The notes under the pieces are model-generated. The model did not search any database. It saw only the letters and a list, made by a program, of their open reading frames with translations, and had not been told where the DNA came from. A program made the position numbers and the translations under genes. This document shows, in pieces, positions 1-13,659 of a DNA stretch of 64,000 nucleotides. The first letter of the stretch is position 1. Every line of letters starts with the position of its first letter. Origin of the DNA: Octopus vulgaris (lineage: Eukaryota). Location of the stretch: contig OX597830.1 of NCBI GenBank assembly GCA_951406725.2, positions 52,762,001 through 52,826,000 on the forward strand. The letters run 5' to 3'.

Positions 1-3000
1 CTAGATAATATATAATGGGTTTCATTCATAATTGAGTACCAATATATCGCAATATGGTCCTGCGAGCTGTCAGAATGGTTAGCACGCAAAGCAAAATGTT
101 TAGCGGCACCTGAGCACTGTATACAATAATTTCATTATTATAATTATTATTATTATTTTGTCCGTCTGAGCTTTACGTTCTGAGTTCAAATTCCGCCGAG
201 GTCGACCTAGTCTCCCATCCTTTTGGATCGATAAAATAAATACTAGTAGAACACTGGGGTCGATGTAATCGGCTTACCACTCCCCTAAAATTGCTGGCCT
301 TGTGTCAAAATTTGAAACTAATATGTTCCAAAATTCATAACGAAACAAAATGTTTAGTAATCGTAAGCCCTAACCCTAAGGCACTTGCAAATAAATAAGA
401 AACATGTACTCCGCATGTTTGAGAACAGAGTCTGTGACATTAAATATTGTGTGGGTGGGTGATTCTGTTTGCACCGGTCTAAAGGAAATTCAGGATTATC
501 ATTTATGTTATGTACCGTGGCTTGATTTTTCCACAGACAGTGACCTGTACAATAAGTGCAAGACTTAAATGAATACCAGGTATCGATTCGATTGATGAAA
601 AATGAAAAACAAAAAAATTAAAAGGAGTGCCTCCCCATGGCCGCGGTCCCATAAATGAAACCACCTTCTACTTTTGTCCGTGCCAGCAAACGAAATGGTT
701 ATATATTTGGTGGATTTTATTTCATGTTTGCGGTTAGAGTGTATTATGTGGACTGGTGAAACCTTTCTTGCGGTCGGTCAAGTTACGGTAACAGTTTACA
801 ACATAACGCTACCAACAACAATACCATAATCATCGTCGTCATCAACACCACATTTCGTACCTTGGCAAGCAATTCTTTCTCCAATACTACAGCCACCTTT
901 TTCTTTCAAACATTGTTTATAATTTTAAGCTATAGTTTAATTTTCAGAAAGAGTAACCTTAATAAAGAATTAAATGATTAATTATTTTAGTTTAATATAA
1001 TAATAATAACAGTAAATTCGTATATAGGCACAAGGTATGATTTTTTTTAACCCTCCCCCCACTTTTTTTTTTTTTAGTTGGGTGGTAGTGGAATATTAAT
1101 TAATGATTTTAACGACCTCAGTACTCGATTAGTTCATTATTTAATATATCCAAGAAAAATTAAAGGTAAAGTTGACACTACGAAATTAGTACTCCGAACG
1201 AAGAACACAACTAAATACGACCCGATGCTCTGAGTAACTATACCAACGCTTTCATTATAGAATACACATTTCATCGGTTTCATTATTTCGAAAAAGCTTT
1301 ATTAAAAATAAATAATGAAATCTATTAAATGTTTTGTCGAAAGAGACTCTTTAGAGGGTTCTATCATTCTTTACACTTTAACTGAAAGTATTCTGTTGGA
1401 GGGAGCTTTGCCCGGACTAAACAGAGTATCAGTCTAGATTTGTGATCCAGTTGTTATTGTGGCGGTCCTAGAAAACTGAAAGTTAGGAGTCGGCAAAAAC
1501 ACCCGTAGAAGAAAAACGAACTAAAAAGAAGTCTAAACATAATTCTCCCATCTTAAACAACAACAAAATTTGAAGGCCCTTAAGGCAGTCATTCGATAAA
1601 CCCAACAAGGTGGCCTCAGAACAGCATTAAGAAAAACATATTTCGCACTCGAAAAACAAAATCTGATTGAAAGTAGCGAAAGTATTCAAAAGTAGAAGAA
1701 CTACATTATATTTAAAGATCGTCGAAAGTGAAAGACGACGAGTTTCATCTGAGATAGATTTGCTTTTTGTATTTTTTTCTAGTAGAGTAAGCGATCAGGC
1801 GGAGACCCCTTATTCGATTTGGAGGTGTGTTTGTGTAGTTTAAGTGCTTGAATGATAGAATGGATTACACACAAGCTAACTTGCCAATTTTTATCAAATA
1901 ATATTCAGCATCTTAAAAAAAGACAGGAAAACAGAAAGGAGACATTGGATGACGTGGTCCTACGTGAATGAAGAAAAAAAAAGACGGAACTGTTACAGCT
2001 GGAATGCCTTAGATATAAGTCTGTTGAATGAGGACTGGAATATAATTTAAAGGCAATATTAAATCCTGATCCTACAGGACTGCAAAGATGTATTTACAAT
2101 ACAAATTACGATAATTTGTACTTTAATTTTCATACATAACATATAATCATGTACATCTTTTAGAACATAGTCTAAGATATTGCTGGCAAATTTCATAAAT
2201 TAACATAAACATTTATTTACATGAAACAAAATTACCGGAGAACTTTCTTAATTTGCACCATGATGTCAGCGATCATATATTATATTGATTAGATATTATT
2301 TTATATTGATTAATACGTTACAAATAAATACCTTTTGCAGTTTGATGTGCTTCTAAAGTGCTCCTCTTGTTTATTTCATTACTGCAGCTGATCAACACAG
2401 CTTTCACAAATCTTCTCTCTCTCCCTCCCTCACTCTCTTTTGTACTTAACTATTTCTCTCTCTCTCTTGTACTTAACTAGTTCTCTCTCTCTCCCTTCCT
2501 CTCTCTTGTACTTAACTATTTCTCTCTCTCTCTCTCTCTCACGTCCTTGTATTCCTCTTATCTTTCCCTCTCTTGTACGTGAGTCTTTCTTTCTCTCAAT
2601 TTTTCCCTTCTCTGTATTTTCCTCTCTCTCTCTCTCCGTTTGTGTGTGTATGTGTGTTTTTTCTCTATTTGGTTGTATGTATGTATGTATGTATGTGTAT
2701 GTGTGTATGTGTGTGTATGTGTGTGTATGTATGTATGTGTGTGTGTATGTATGTGTGTGTATGTATGTATTTATGTATGTATATGTGTATGTATGTATGT
2801 ATGTGTGTTTTTCCTGTTCTTTTAGATGTAACACTATATAAGTGACTCAAGGGTAAGATATTCCGTGAGTAATACTTATCAAATATATGTTTATGTGATA
2901 AGAAGTTAGCTTTCCAACCACATGGATCCAGGATCAGTCCCACTGCGTGGCACCTTGGATTAGTGTCTCCTATTATAGCCTCGGGCAGACCAAAAGCATT

Positions 3001-3145
3001 GTGAGTGGATTTGGTACACGGAAACTGAAAAAAGCCCATCATATATATATATATATATATATGATGTGTGTGTGTGTTGTCTTCCCATCCCACCACCCCC
3101 GTGGCTGAGCAGTTCAGCAAAAGAAAACGATAGAATATAAGTATA

Positions 3146-3316
3146 GGTGCAGGAGTGGCTGTGTGGTAAGTAGCTTGCTAATCAACCACATGGTTCCAGG
3201 TTCAGTCCCACTGCATGGCACCTTGGGCAAGTGTCTTCTACTATAGCCTCGGGCCGACCAAAGCCTTGTGAGTGGATTTGGTAGACGGAAACTGAAAGAT
3301 GCCCGTCGTATATAAG

Positions 3317-3351
<35 letters not shown>

Positions 3352-3570
3352 TTGTGTGTCTGTGTTTGTCCCCCTAGCATTGCTTGACAACCGATGCTGG
3401 TGTGTTTATGTCCCCGTTACTTAGCGGTTCGGCAAAAGAAAAAGACTGATAGACTAAGTACTGGGCTTACAAAAAGAATAAGTCCCGGGGTCGAGTTGCT
3501 CGATTAAAGGCGGTGCTCCAGCATGGCCGCAGTCAAATGACTGAAACAAGCAAAAGAGAGTAAAGAGAGT
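3146..3570 (+). mobile_element. tRNA-derived SINE family A, full length, with internal (TA)n(TG)n
   Basis: Head ggtgcaggagtggctgtgtggtaag...ggttcagtcc (A/B boxes); tail ccagcatggccgcagtcaaatgactgaaac; many copies in the window. Confidence 0.85.
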
Positions 3571-4055
3571 ATCAAGGCTTTAAAACAAAATAATAGGGTC
3601 GATTCGTTCGACTAAAATTCAAGGAGGTACCTCAACATACTCGTAGTCTAATGATTAATAAGAAAAAGATAAAGGATATTCTCTCTCTCTCTTTGTCTCT
3701 CTTCGAAACCAGTCAACCCATTGTATAAATACTTCACACTATATAAATATAAACAATATAAATACTTCACACTCCGTATATATAAATATATATACTTCAC
3801 ACTATATAGATATAAACAATGTAAATACTTCACACTATATTATGTATTGAGTCCTTCCAATCTATATTTGTTGTTCTTAGTCATTATGAAAATATGCAGG
3901 AGTGGCTGTGTGGTAAGTAGCTTGCTTACCAACCACATGGTTCCGGGTTCAGTCCCACTGCGTGGCACCCTGGGCAAGTGTCTTCCGCTATAGCCTCGGG
4001 CCAACCAAAATCTTGTGAGTGGATTTGGTAGAAGGAAACTGAAAGAAGCCCGTCG

Positions 4056-4092
<37 letters not shown>

Positions 4093-4514
4093 TTTAAGGG
4101 AATTTTATTCCCCAATAATACTAGGTATTGAACCATTATGAGGTTAACATATGTTCTAATTAAATATATATATATACGTACATACATGCACAGATACACA
4201 CGTACATGCATACACACACGCACATATATATATATAATTATATTTATGTGTATGTATGTACGTGTGTGTGTGTACATATTTATTTTCCCTCTCTGCTTAT
4301 TTCTGTGTTCATTTCAGATGAAGAGTCTAGGCTCAAAACGTAAAAGACTTTCTCACTTCCCGAGCGTTAACCTAATTCATCTGTTTATTGTTTACACACC
4401 CGTCTTCATCTTTTTTTTTTTTTTTTTTTGTAAATTCCAACTACATATTTCGTTTTGGGATTTGGTTTGCAAGATTCTTTATATGAGTTCGTGTGTTGAA
4501 GCATATTCTGTTGT

Positions 4515-4708
4515 GTCTGGGGAGAGTCATTTTCTTTTTGTGTCTTATAATGTAACACACTCACCGGTAAAAATTTCCACTTTTTTCTTATTTTTATTTT
4601 CCTAAAATTTTCGTTATTTTAGGAAAATAAAAATAAGAAAAAAGTGGAAATTTTACCGGTGAGTGTGTTACATTATAAGACACAAAAAGAAAATGACTCT
4701 CCCCAGAC
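4515..4708. repeat. Near-perfect inverted repeat (arms of about 94 bp)
   Basis: 4515-4608 vs 4616-4708, one indel. Confidence 0.92.
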
Positions 4709-4781
4709 CCAACTATATATATATATTTAATTGGAGTATATGTTAAGCTCCTAGTATTACTGGGGAATAAAATTCCCTAAA

Positions 4782-4860
<79 letters not shown>

Positions 4861-5442
4861 GACGGGTTTCTTTCAGTTTCCTTCTACCAAATTCAATCAG
4901 AAAACTTAGGTCGAGGCTATTATAGAAGACACTTGCCCAGGGTGCCACGCAGTGGGACTGAACCCGGAACCATGTGGTTGGTAAGCAAGCTACTTACCAC
5001 ACAGCCACTCCTGCATGTGTATATATGTATGTGTGTTTGTATGTGCATGTGTGTATGTAAACATGTGTGTATATATATGTTTTTCTTTGAAATTATCTAA
5101 CTTTCTACCTTTACAAGCCGGACACAAAGTGACAAGGTCCTTTTAAATCAAGACAGCTCTCGGGATTTGTGGTTATTGGAATTTGTTGGTGTGCGCATAT
5201 GTATGTGGCGTGTATGTGTTGAAGGTGTGTGTGTGGGTGTGCGTATGTGCACATAAGTGTGTGAGTACATGCGACTTTGCATTTGTGTGTCAATGAACTT
5301 GCAGTTGAGTAGCAGGTAGTGTGTGTCAGTTTAGTACACAAGTGTGTGTGTGTGTTTGTATATATCTATATCTATATGTGATTGTGTGCGTGTATTGAAT
5401 GCAGGAACCTCAAATGGAGATTCCCTGGAATGTTTTACAAAT

Positions 5443-5608
5443 AGGCGTAGGAGTGGCTGTGTGGTAAGTAGCTTGCTTACGAACCACATGGTTCCAGGTT
5501 CAGTCCCACTGCGTGGCACCTTGGGCAAGTGTCTTCTACTATAGCTTCGGGCCGACCAAAGCCTTGTGAGTGGATTTGATAGACGGAAACTGAAAGAAGC
5601 CCGTCGTA

Positions 5609-5663
<55 letters not shown>

Positions 5664-5907
5664 GTGTGTGTGTGTGTGTGTGTGTGTGTTTGTATGTCTG
5701 TGTTTGTCACACACACACCCCAACATCGCTTGACAACCGATGCTGGTGTGTTTACGTCCCCGTAACTTAACGGTTCGGCAAAAGAGATCGATAGAATAAG
5801 TACTAGGCTTACAAAGAATAAGTCCTGGGGTCGATTTGCTCGACTAAAAGGCGGTGCTCCAGCCTGGCCACAGTCACATGACTGAAACAAGTAAAAGAGT
5901 AAAAGAG
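5443..5907 (+). mobile_element. SINE family A, full length
   Basis: Same head, microsatellite and tail structure. Confidence 0.85.
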
Positions 5908-6339
5908 TTTTTTTTTAATGTTTACTGCATCCCCAAATCGTCTCTGTTTGGAAAATGTGAAACAGTTTGCTCCGTTCATTTTGGAGAACCCGGGATTTCT
6001 GTGTTTTTATGCAGATTTATTATTATGTAAGCTAGTGCAGCGACGTTAATTGTCGCTCTGGGCTGCATAACAAGTGTAAAGTGCCCCTGTGGAAATATAG
6101 CCTTTACGTGTTTGTATAAATTTTTATGTCGTTTTGTGTTTTATTCTGGGAATTAACAATGCATACACTTTTTGGTTTTCATTGTTGTTCCTTTATATGA
6201 CTTATATATCTGCTTTCCCTCTTTGTTTGCTCTTTTCCCACTACTTATGCTGCACCTATGACCTGTGAACAATAAGCTCGTTATTATTATTGTGAACAAA
6301 TATAAATGTGACAATATATCCTTCTTTTTTTTTTTTTCC

Positions 6340-6719
6340 AAGGTTCGAAATTTTGGAGGAGGAGGCCAGTCGATTAGATTGACCCTAATACGCAGCAGGT
6401 ACTTATTTTATCGATCCCCGAAAGGATGAACGGCAAAGTCGACCTCGGTGGAATTTGAACTCAGAACATAAAGACAGACGAAATACCTATTTCTTTACTA
6501 CCTACAAGGGGCCAAACACAGGGTGGACAAACAAGGACAGACAAACAGATTAAGTCGATTATATCGACCCCAGTGCGTAACTGGTACTTATTTAATCGAC
6601 CCCGAAAGGATGAAAGGCAAAGTCGACCTCGGCGGAATTTGAACTCAGAACGTAACGGCAGACGAAATACCGCTAGGCGTTTCGCCCGGCGTGCTAGCGT
6701 TTTTGCCAGCTCGCCGCCT
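6340..6719 (-). mobile_element. SINE family B tandem/nested pair
   Basis: Two copies of the gtcgactttgcc(t/g)ttcatcctttcgggg core; a similar pair at 49677-50056 (+); single copies at about 60-320 and 63800-64000. Confidence 0.8.
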
Positions 6720-6777
6720 TAATATGACAATATATCAACATATGAATCTATATATAAGCCTATGTGTACGTATATAC

Positions 6778-6880
<103 letters not shown>

Positions 6881-6962
6881 ACGTTCTTGTTAGATTGACA
6901 GTATACAACCATTCTATCGCCCCACCACCGTACATGTCTCTACGAGAGATTTAGAAATTCAA

Positions 6963-7240
<278 letters not shown>

Positions 7241-7361
7241 TATATATATTATATATTGCCGTTCATCGGACAGTTTTTTTTCTAGCATAAACTGTCCGAT
7301 GAACGGCAACGGGAAACTCAGAGTAACAGGTTTTGTTGAATTTTCTGCTGCTTTAAATAAA

Positions 7362-7614
<253 letters not shown>

Positions 7615-7775
7615 TAATTTACGGTAATATTATTACCTTTACCCATTTAATACAATGGATGAACTGATTGCTTGACAATTTTTAACATCTATGTATTATT
7701 TTTGTTGGGTACCTATCTAGCAGTATATTGGATATATATTATCCCATGGTGGGTTGAATTTTCAACCCCTATCTC

Positions 7776-7858
<83 letters not shown>

Positions 7859-7871
7859 GTGTGTTTACTAC

Positions 7872-7909
<38 letters not shown>

Positions 7910-8068
7910 ATTGCAGCGCGGAAGGTGTTTATAATCCATTTAAGAAACACACAAAAGCCGGCTTTTGTGTGTTTCTTAAATGGCTTATTAACACCTTCCA
8001 CGCTGCAATTGTTTTCGTTTCAGCACACGATCTCAGATCAAATTACTTGCTATGCGAGTACATCTCCG

Positions 8069-8110
<42 letters not shown>

Positions 8111-9044
8111 CAAATTACTTGCCTATGTCAAGTACATCTCGTAAATATATATATATATGAATATTTGTTTTCCTATAAATCTTTCTGTGGAAAGTAAAGA
8201 AAATTAGATTTAATATATCATAATGTCGTCAACAAAAATTCAATTTTTTATTTTCTTACTTCAGTGCAGTATGATAGCAATTCATCTGGAGCCTTTGAGT
8301 GGTCACTCTGCTTGCTAGACACAGCAGCCAAATTTCTCTTAAATCATATTTATATATATATATATATATATAGTTCAAATCCTGCCGGTGTCAACTTAAC
8401 CTTTCTTTGCAATAAAATAAAGTATCAACGAAGCACTGACTTGATGCAAACCATTAATACTCATAACTAGTATACATCGATATATATTTGAAGACAGCAT
8501 AGTGAAAATGCTATTAAGATTACAGAAAACGATGGCTGAAATTACATTTATTGTGAAAATATAGATTATTTCGAGAATATTTGTTTTCCTATAAATCTTT
8601 CTGTGGAAAGTAAAGAAAATTAGATTTAATATATCATAATGTCGTCAACAAAAATTCAATTTTTTATTTTCTTACTTCAGTACAGTATGATAGCAATTCA
8701 TCTGGAGCCTTTGAGTGGTCACTCTGCTTGCTAGACACAGCAGCCAAATTTCTCTTAAATCATATTCTACATTATCTAATATGTTCCCCAAGAGAACACA
8801 TTACTGTAGGTCCTCGATACACGGGATGGTCTTGGGCTCAGGAAGTGAGGATACAGGGAGTGCCAAGCGCACCTCTTAAAATTTTTGTTGAGTGCAAAAT
8901 GAAAATTTGCGCCCCTACTTTTCTCAGGTTTAGAAAATAGGGAATAAAAAGTAATCTATAGAAAGTAGCTCGGAGTTAGGTTTTTTTCACAATGAACAAA
9001 GAACAAAAAAATTTTTTTTTAAAAACACAAGACCTTGTTTGTAA

Positions 9045-9440
9045 GGAGTGGCTGTGGGGTAAGTAGCTTGCTTCGAACCACATGGTTCCGGGTTCAGTCC
9101 CACTGCGTAGCACCTTGGGCTAGTGTCTTCTACTATAGCCTTGTGAGTGGATTTGGTTGAGAGAAACTGAAAGAAGCCCGTCGTATATATGTATATATAT
9201 ATATATGTGTGTGTGTGTGTATAAGTTTGTGTCTGTGTTTGTCCCCCCCCCCAACATCACTTGACAACCGATGCTGGTGTGTTTACGTCCCCCATAACAT
9301 TAGCGGTTTGGAAAAAGAGACCGATAGAATAAGTATTAGGCTTACAAAGAATAAGTCTTGGGATCGATTTGCTCGACTAAAGGCAGTGCTCCAGCATGTC
9401 CACAGTCACATGACTGACACAAGTAAAAGAGTAAAAAAAG
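9045..9440 (+). mobile_element. SINE family A
   Basis: Same structure. Confidence 0.8.
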
Positions 9441-9922
9441 TGAGAGGATCTGGATTTGAGTGAAGTTAAGCCTGATCCATACTACTTATTCTATCAATCT
9501 CCCTGAACCGCTTAATTACGGAACATAAACCAACCTACACCCATTGTCAAGCAGTAGGAGAACAAATATAAACACAACGTGCACACACACACACACATAC
9601 ACATTCATATATTCTTTTATCTTTTACTTGTTTCAGTCATTAGACTGCAGCTCTGCTGGGACACCGCCTTGAAAAATTTTAGTTGAATGAATCAACCCCT
9701 GATCTTTTTTTTTTTTAAGCCTGGTACTTAATCTATTAGTCTCATTTTCCAAATCGTTAAGTCATGGGGAAGAAAACACAGAAAAATCTGGCTGTCGAGT
9801 GCTCATTGGGGCAAACACAGACGCAATAATACACACACATATACACACAATAGGTTTCTTTCAGTTTCTATCAACAAATTCCACTTTGGTCAGTCCAGGG
9901 CTATAGTAGAGGATACTTGCCC

Positions 9923-9925
<3 letters not shown>

Positions 9926-9982
<57 letters not shown>

Positions 9983-10045
9983 TATTATTATTACTATTAT
10001 CATTATTATTATTATTACTATTATTATTATTATTACTATTATTAT
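9926..10045. repeat. (TTA)n microsatellite
   Basis: Direct reading. Confidence 0.95.
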
Positions 10046-10517
10046 ATAACATGACTGGCATAGCTTTGGTCGTAGATTTACTTACTTCATCACAGCTTAC
10101 TTAGGGTTCAACAATAACAACATGCCCAAACACTTCATACACAATGCTGTTGTTGTTGCTGTTGTTGTTTTGACCCTCATACACAATGCTGTTGTTTTGA
10201 CCCAGGCCATACCTGATTGAGCAGGAATGCTCAAACATGTCATGGCCTTCCTAGTTTTGTCCTGTATGCAGAGAATCCAGCAACACGTGAACCTAATGTC
10301 TCTTACAAAGAGTGTGAATTGAGGGAGATTTTGTTGCTGCTTCTAACAGATCAAGTGAATGCCTGAAGGCTTTCTTGGTTTGTTGTTATAGTTTATACAC
10401 TGAGTCAGTCTTGATCCAGCACATCTGTGATCAAAGGCATTGCAACCATGACCATCCCATCACAGTTAGTATCTGGAACTATATCTCTATATAATAATAA
10501 TTAAAAAAATAAATAAA

Positions 10518-10766
10518 TGCGCCCTTTTAAAGCCTAGCCAGGCTCATGGGCCTGGTTTTCTGGTTTCAATGGCGTATGTGTTCCCCAGCTGGACGGAACG
10601 CCAGTTCATCACAGCGTTACTCATTTTTGCCAGCTGAGTGGACTGGAGCAACATGAAATGAAGTGTTTTGCTCAAGAACACAACACATCGCCCAGTCCAG
10701 GAATGGAAACCACAATCTTACGATCATGATGCTGACACCCTAACCACTAAGCCACGTGACTCCACA
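10518..10766 (-). mobile_element. tRNA-derived SINE with CORE-like domain
   Basis: Minus strand gtggcttagtggttagg (A box)...tgtgttcttgagcaaaacacttcatttcatgttgctccagtccactcagctggcaaaaatgagt. Confidence 0.7.
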
Positions 10767-11779
10767 TATATAATAGTAACTGATATAAAATGTTGGTTGG
10801 TTGATTTCTCCAGTCAGACTTAAGACTGCATAGAGGGACAGAGAGAGTAAAATAGAGATACAGAGAGTTGACATGAGAGGTGTAGGATGAGTACATGTTC
10901 TAGACTTAGCAGCAGCAATGAATAAAAGAAAATACTGGCACTCTGTTGGTTATGATGATGAGTGTTCTAGTTGACCTAATCAATGGAACAGCTTGCTCAT
11001 AAAGTTAATAGGTGAGTGACTGAGCACTTCACAGACACGTGTACACTTAATGTGCTCTCAGGGGGGATTCAGTGTGACACAGAATGGAATAAGGCTGGCC
11101 CTTAGAATTACAGGCGCAACTCATTTTTGCCTACTGAGTGGACTGGAGCAACCTGAAATAAAGTATCTTGCTCAAGGACACAGCATGTGGCTGTGAACTA
11201 AAGACTCTCAGCCACATACCTTCAATAGCTCACAATAAGTAAAAGAAAAGTAATTACCTACACAGTAAGAGGGAAAGAATCAGAGGAGGAGGAGGAGGAG
11301 GTAATAGTTGTAGGAGGAGTTATATAAGTGAGAAATTTTGTTTAATTTACTTTTATTTCAAGGTAATATATATTTTTCTTTTGAAAATTAACATTTATTT
11401 CATCATTTTGTAAAAGCACCAAGAAATTTGATAGAAGTTAAATTACAGTGCATCTATTCAAACTTGAATATCTTAATCTCTGCTGATTTTTTCATCATCA
11501 GACAATTCCTCCTCCCTTTAGACAATTTGTGTTCATAGCACAAACATTTCTCTGGTGTAAGGAGTACTTTGAAGCCCCATGGCGTTTCAACCTTGTTGTA
11601 TGTCTACTCTGTCACCAACCAATGAATCTAAGAAAAGTTCAAACTCTTGTTTATAGAAATCAGCAAAGAATTAATTGTTGATGCATGCTGATGTCTGCCA
11701 AATCAATTATAACAGAGAGAATCCAAACATTCTAGTAGATTATTGGTATCTGAGTTTGAATTCTGCAAGAATGGATATA

Positions 11780-13146
11780 TACAGGATGTCCCTAAAAATA
11801 CACTCACAATAACCTAGTGAATTTTTCATTTCTTTTCAGATCAAATTAACCCTGATAACAGCAAAAGTACAATTAAGTTTTGAAGAGAATTTACCATAAA
11901 GTGCAACTGAAAGCATGAAGACATCATGAAAGTCAAAGATTACTTAGAAGACATTTTCACAAAGATTCACCAGTGGAATGTGCCATTGCTCACATCCGAG
12001 GGGATGGAACTGTGCATGACATCCATAAGGAGCGTTCAGAAAGACCATGGTCAGCCAGCCCTGTAAAGGAAAAACAATTGCTGGAAACCGTCTGTTGATC
12101 CCCACAGTAATCTTTAAGACAAATGGTTTGTGAGAGAGAAATCTTAAAATCAAAAGCCCATCACATTTTGAAGCAAGTTTGTTGAAAATGTTACATTCCA
12201 ACAATAATCCAGACTGGAGAGTTTGTGAGTGGTATCTTGGCAAATGCAGGGCGACGATCTGGCAGAAACGTTAGCACGCCGGGCGAAATGCATAGCCGTA
12301 TTTTGTCTGCTGTTACATTCTGAGTTCAAATTCCGCCAAGGTCAACTTTGCCTTTCATCCTTTCGGGGTCGATAAATTAAGTACCAGTTATGCACTGGGG
12401 TCAATATAATCATCTTAATCCGTTTGTCCTCTCTGTGTTTGGCCCCTTGTGGGTAGTAAAGAAATAGGTATCTGGGCAAATGCAGTGAAGATGCAGAATT
12501 TCCATTCAAAATTGCTTGGAGCGATGAGGCCAGATTTAAGTGAAATAGCTCAATTAACTGACACTGGGCTCCTGAAAATTCATGTTACTAAAAAATACCA
12601 TTTGAACTTATTAGGGATTAGTGTGGTTTGGGATATCAGCATTGGGCATCCAAGAACCATTCTTTTTTGACAAAACTGTCTCTGATGACGTTTACCTAAA
12701 CTTGCTGCAGGAATCTGTCATTCTACATGTTGAAGAGTTGTTTGGTGACAGAGATTTACTTTCACCAAGATGGGGCACCTCCCCACTACCATCATGATGT
12801 AAGGGCCTACCTCAATGCAACATACTTGAACATATGGATTGAGCAAAGAGGTAGTGTTGAATGCCCTGCATATTGCCCAAACCTCGCTCCAATGGACTTC
12901 ATTTTATTGGATATCTCAATAAGGTCTACGGCTCAAAACCATCAACAGTTGATGAGTTGAAAGCGGAAATTGAAAGACACTGTTTCATAGTATCAAATGA
13001 AATGATTCATAAAGCTGGTCCATGTTATCTGCTGTGTTTGGAAAGTGGTGGTCATCAGTTTGAACATTTATTTATATGCATTTATCCATTTAACTGCTAA
13101 TCTTGTTTCTAAGTCAATTAACAATGCATTTTGGGGACATCATGTA
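11780..13146 (+). mobile_element. Degenerate Tc1/mariner DD41D (rosa/Visitor-type) transposon
   Basis: TA-flanked TIRs (tacaggatgtccctaaaa / ttttggggacatcatgta); relic YFHQDGAPPHY...CPNLAPMDF with 41 residues between D2 and D3; C-terminal GGHQFEHL; frameshifted. Confidence 0.82.
12250..12466 (+). mobile_element. tRNA-derived SINE (family B) inserted in the DD41D element
   Basis: Head ggcgacgatctggcagaaacgttagcacgccgggcg; 19-bp TSD ggtatct(t/g)ggcaaatgcag at 12231-12249 and 12467-12485. Confidence 0.85.
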
Positions 13147-13659
13147 AATAATATTGTTTGGCTACTTGTTGTTCAGCCTGCACCCCATGAATTATTAAAT
13201 TATAATTATTGTATGTAAACCGTATTTCCAGATATAACCCTTAGCAGCACTTCCAAAGTTATCTGTCATATAATAGGTAACACTCTAGTAATGTAATCTG
13301 TCTTTCATTTAAGATATGACTTGATGAAGTTCACCTGATAATTCTAACAGGTCAAAAGAGCACATAAGTTACACCCATTGTGATTCATTAACTCCTAATA
13401 ACAACTAACATGTTACAAAATGTTTGTAAGACACTTGACTTTACTAACTGCTTAATGATGCTATTGTATCTTTTGTTTTTAATTATTTGTAATCTTGATT
13501 TAATTTATACCTTTGTATATCTATTTTTGTTTTTTATTGTTATTTTATTAAATAATTCAAGAAATCATTGCTGTTTGTGTGACTCACTCTGGAATTTAAT
13601 GTTGTTCAAAAAGTACAATTACTATTTCTTAGAAATAAAGATTCAAGTGTAGTTGTACC

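Noticed and set aside
1240-1282. Minus-strand CCGATGA...GAAAGCGTT hammerhead-like string
   Set aside because: Stems I and II pair poorly, so chance cannot be excluded.
3114-5890. Recurrent peptide [41 protein letters not shown]
   Set aside because: It is the antisense reading of SINE family A, repeated in many copies.
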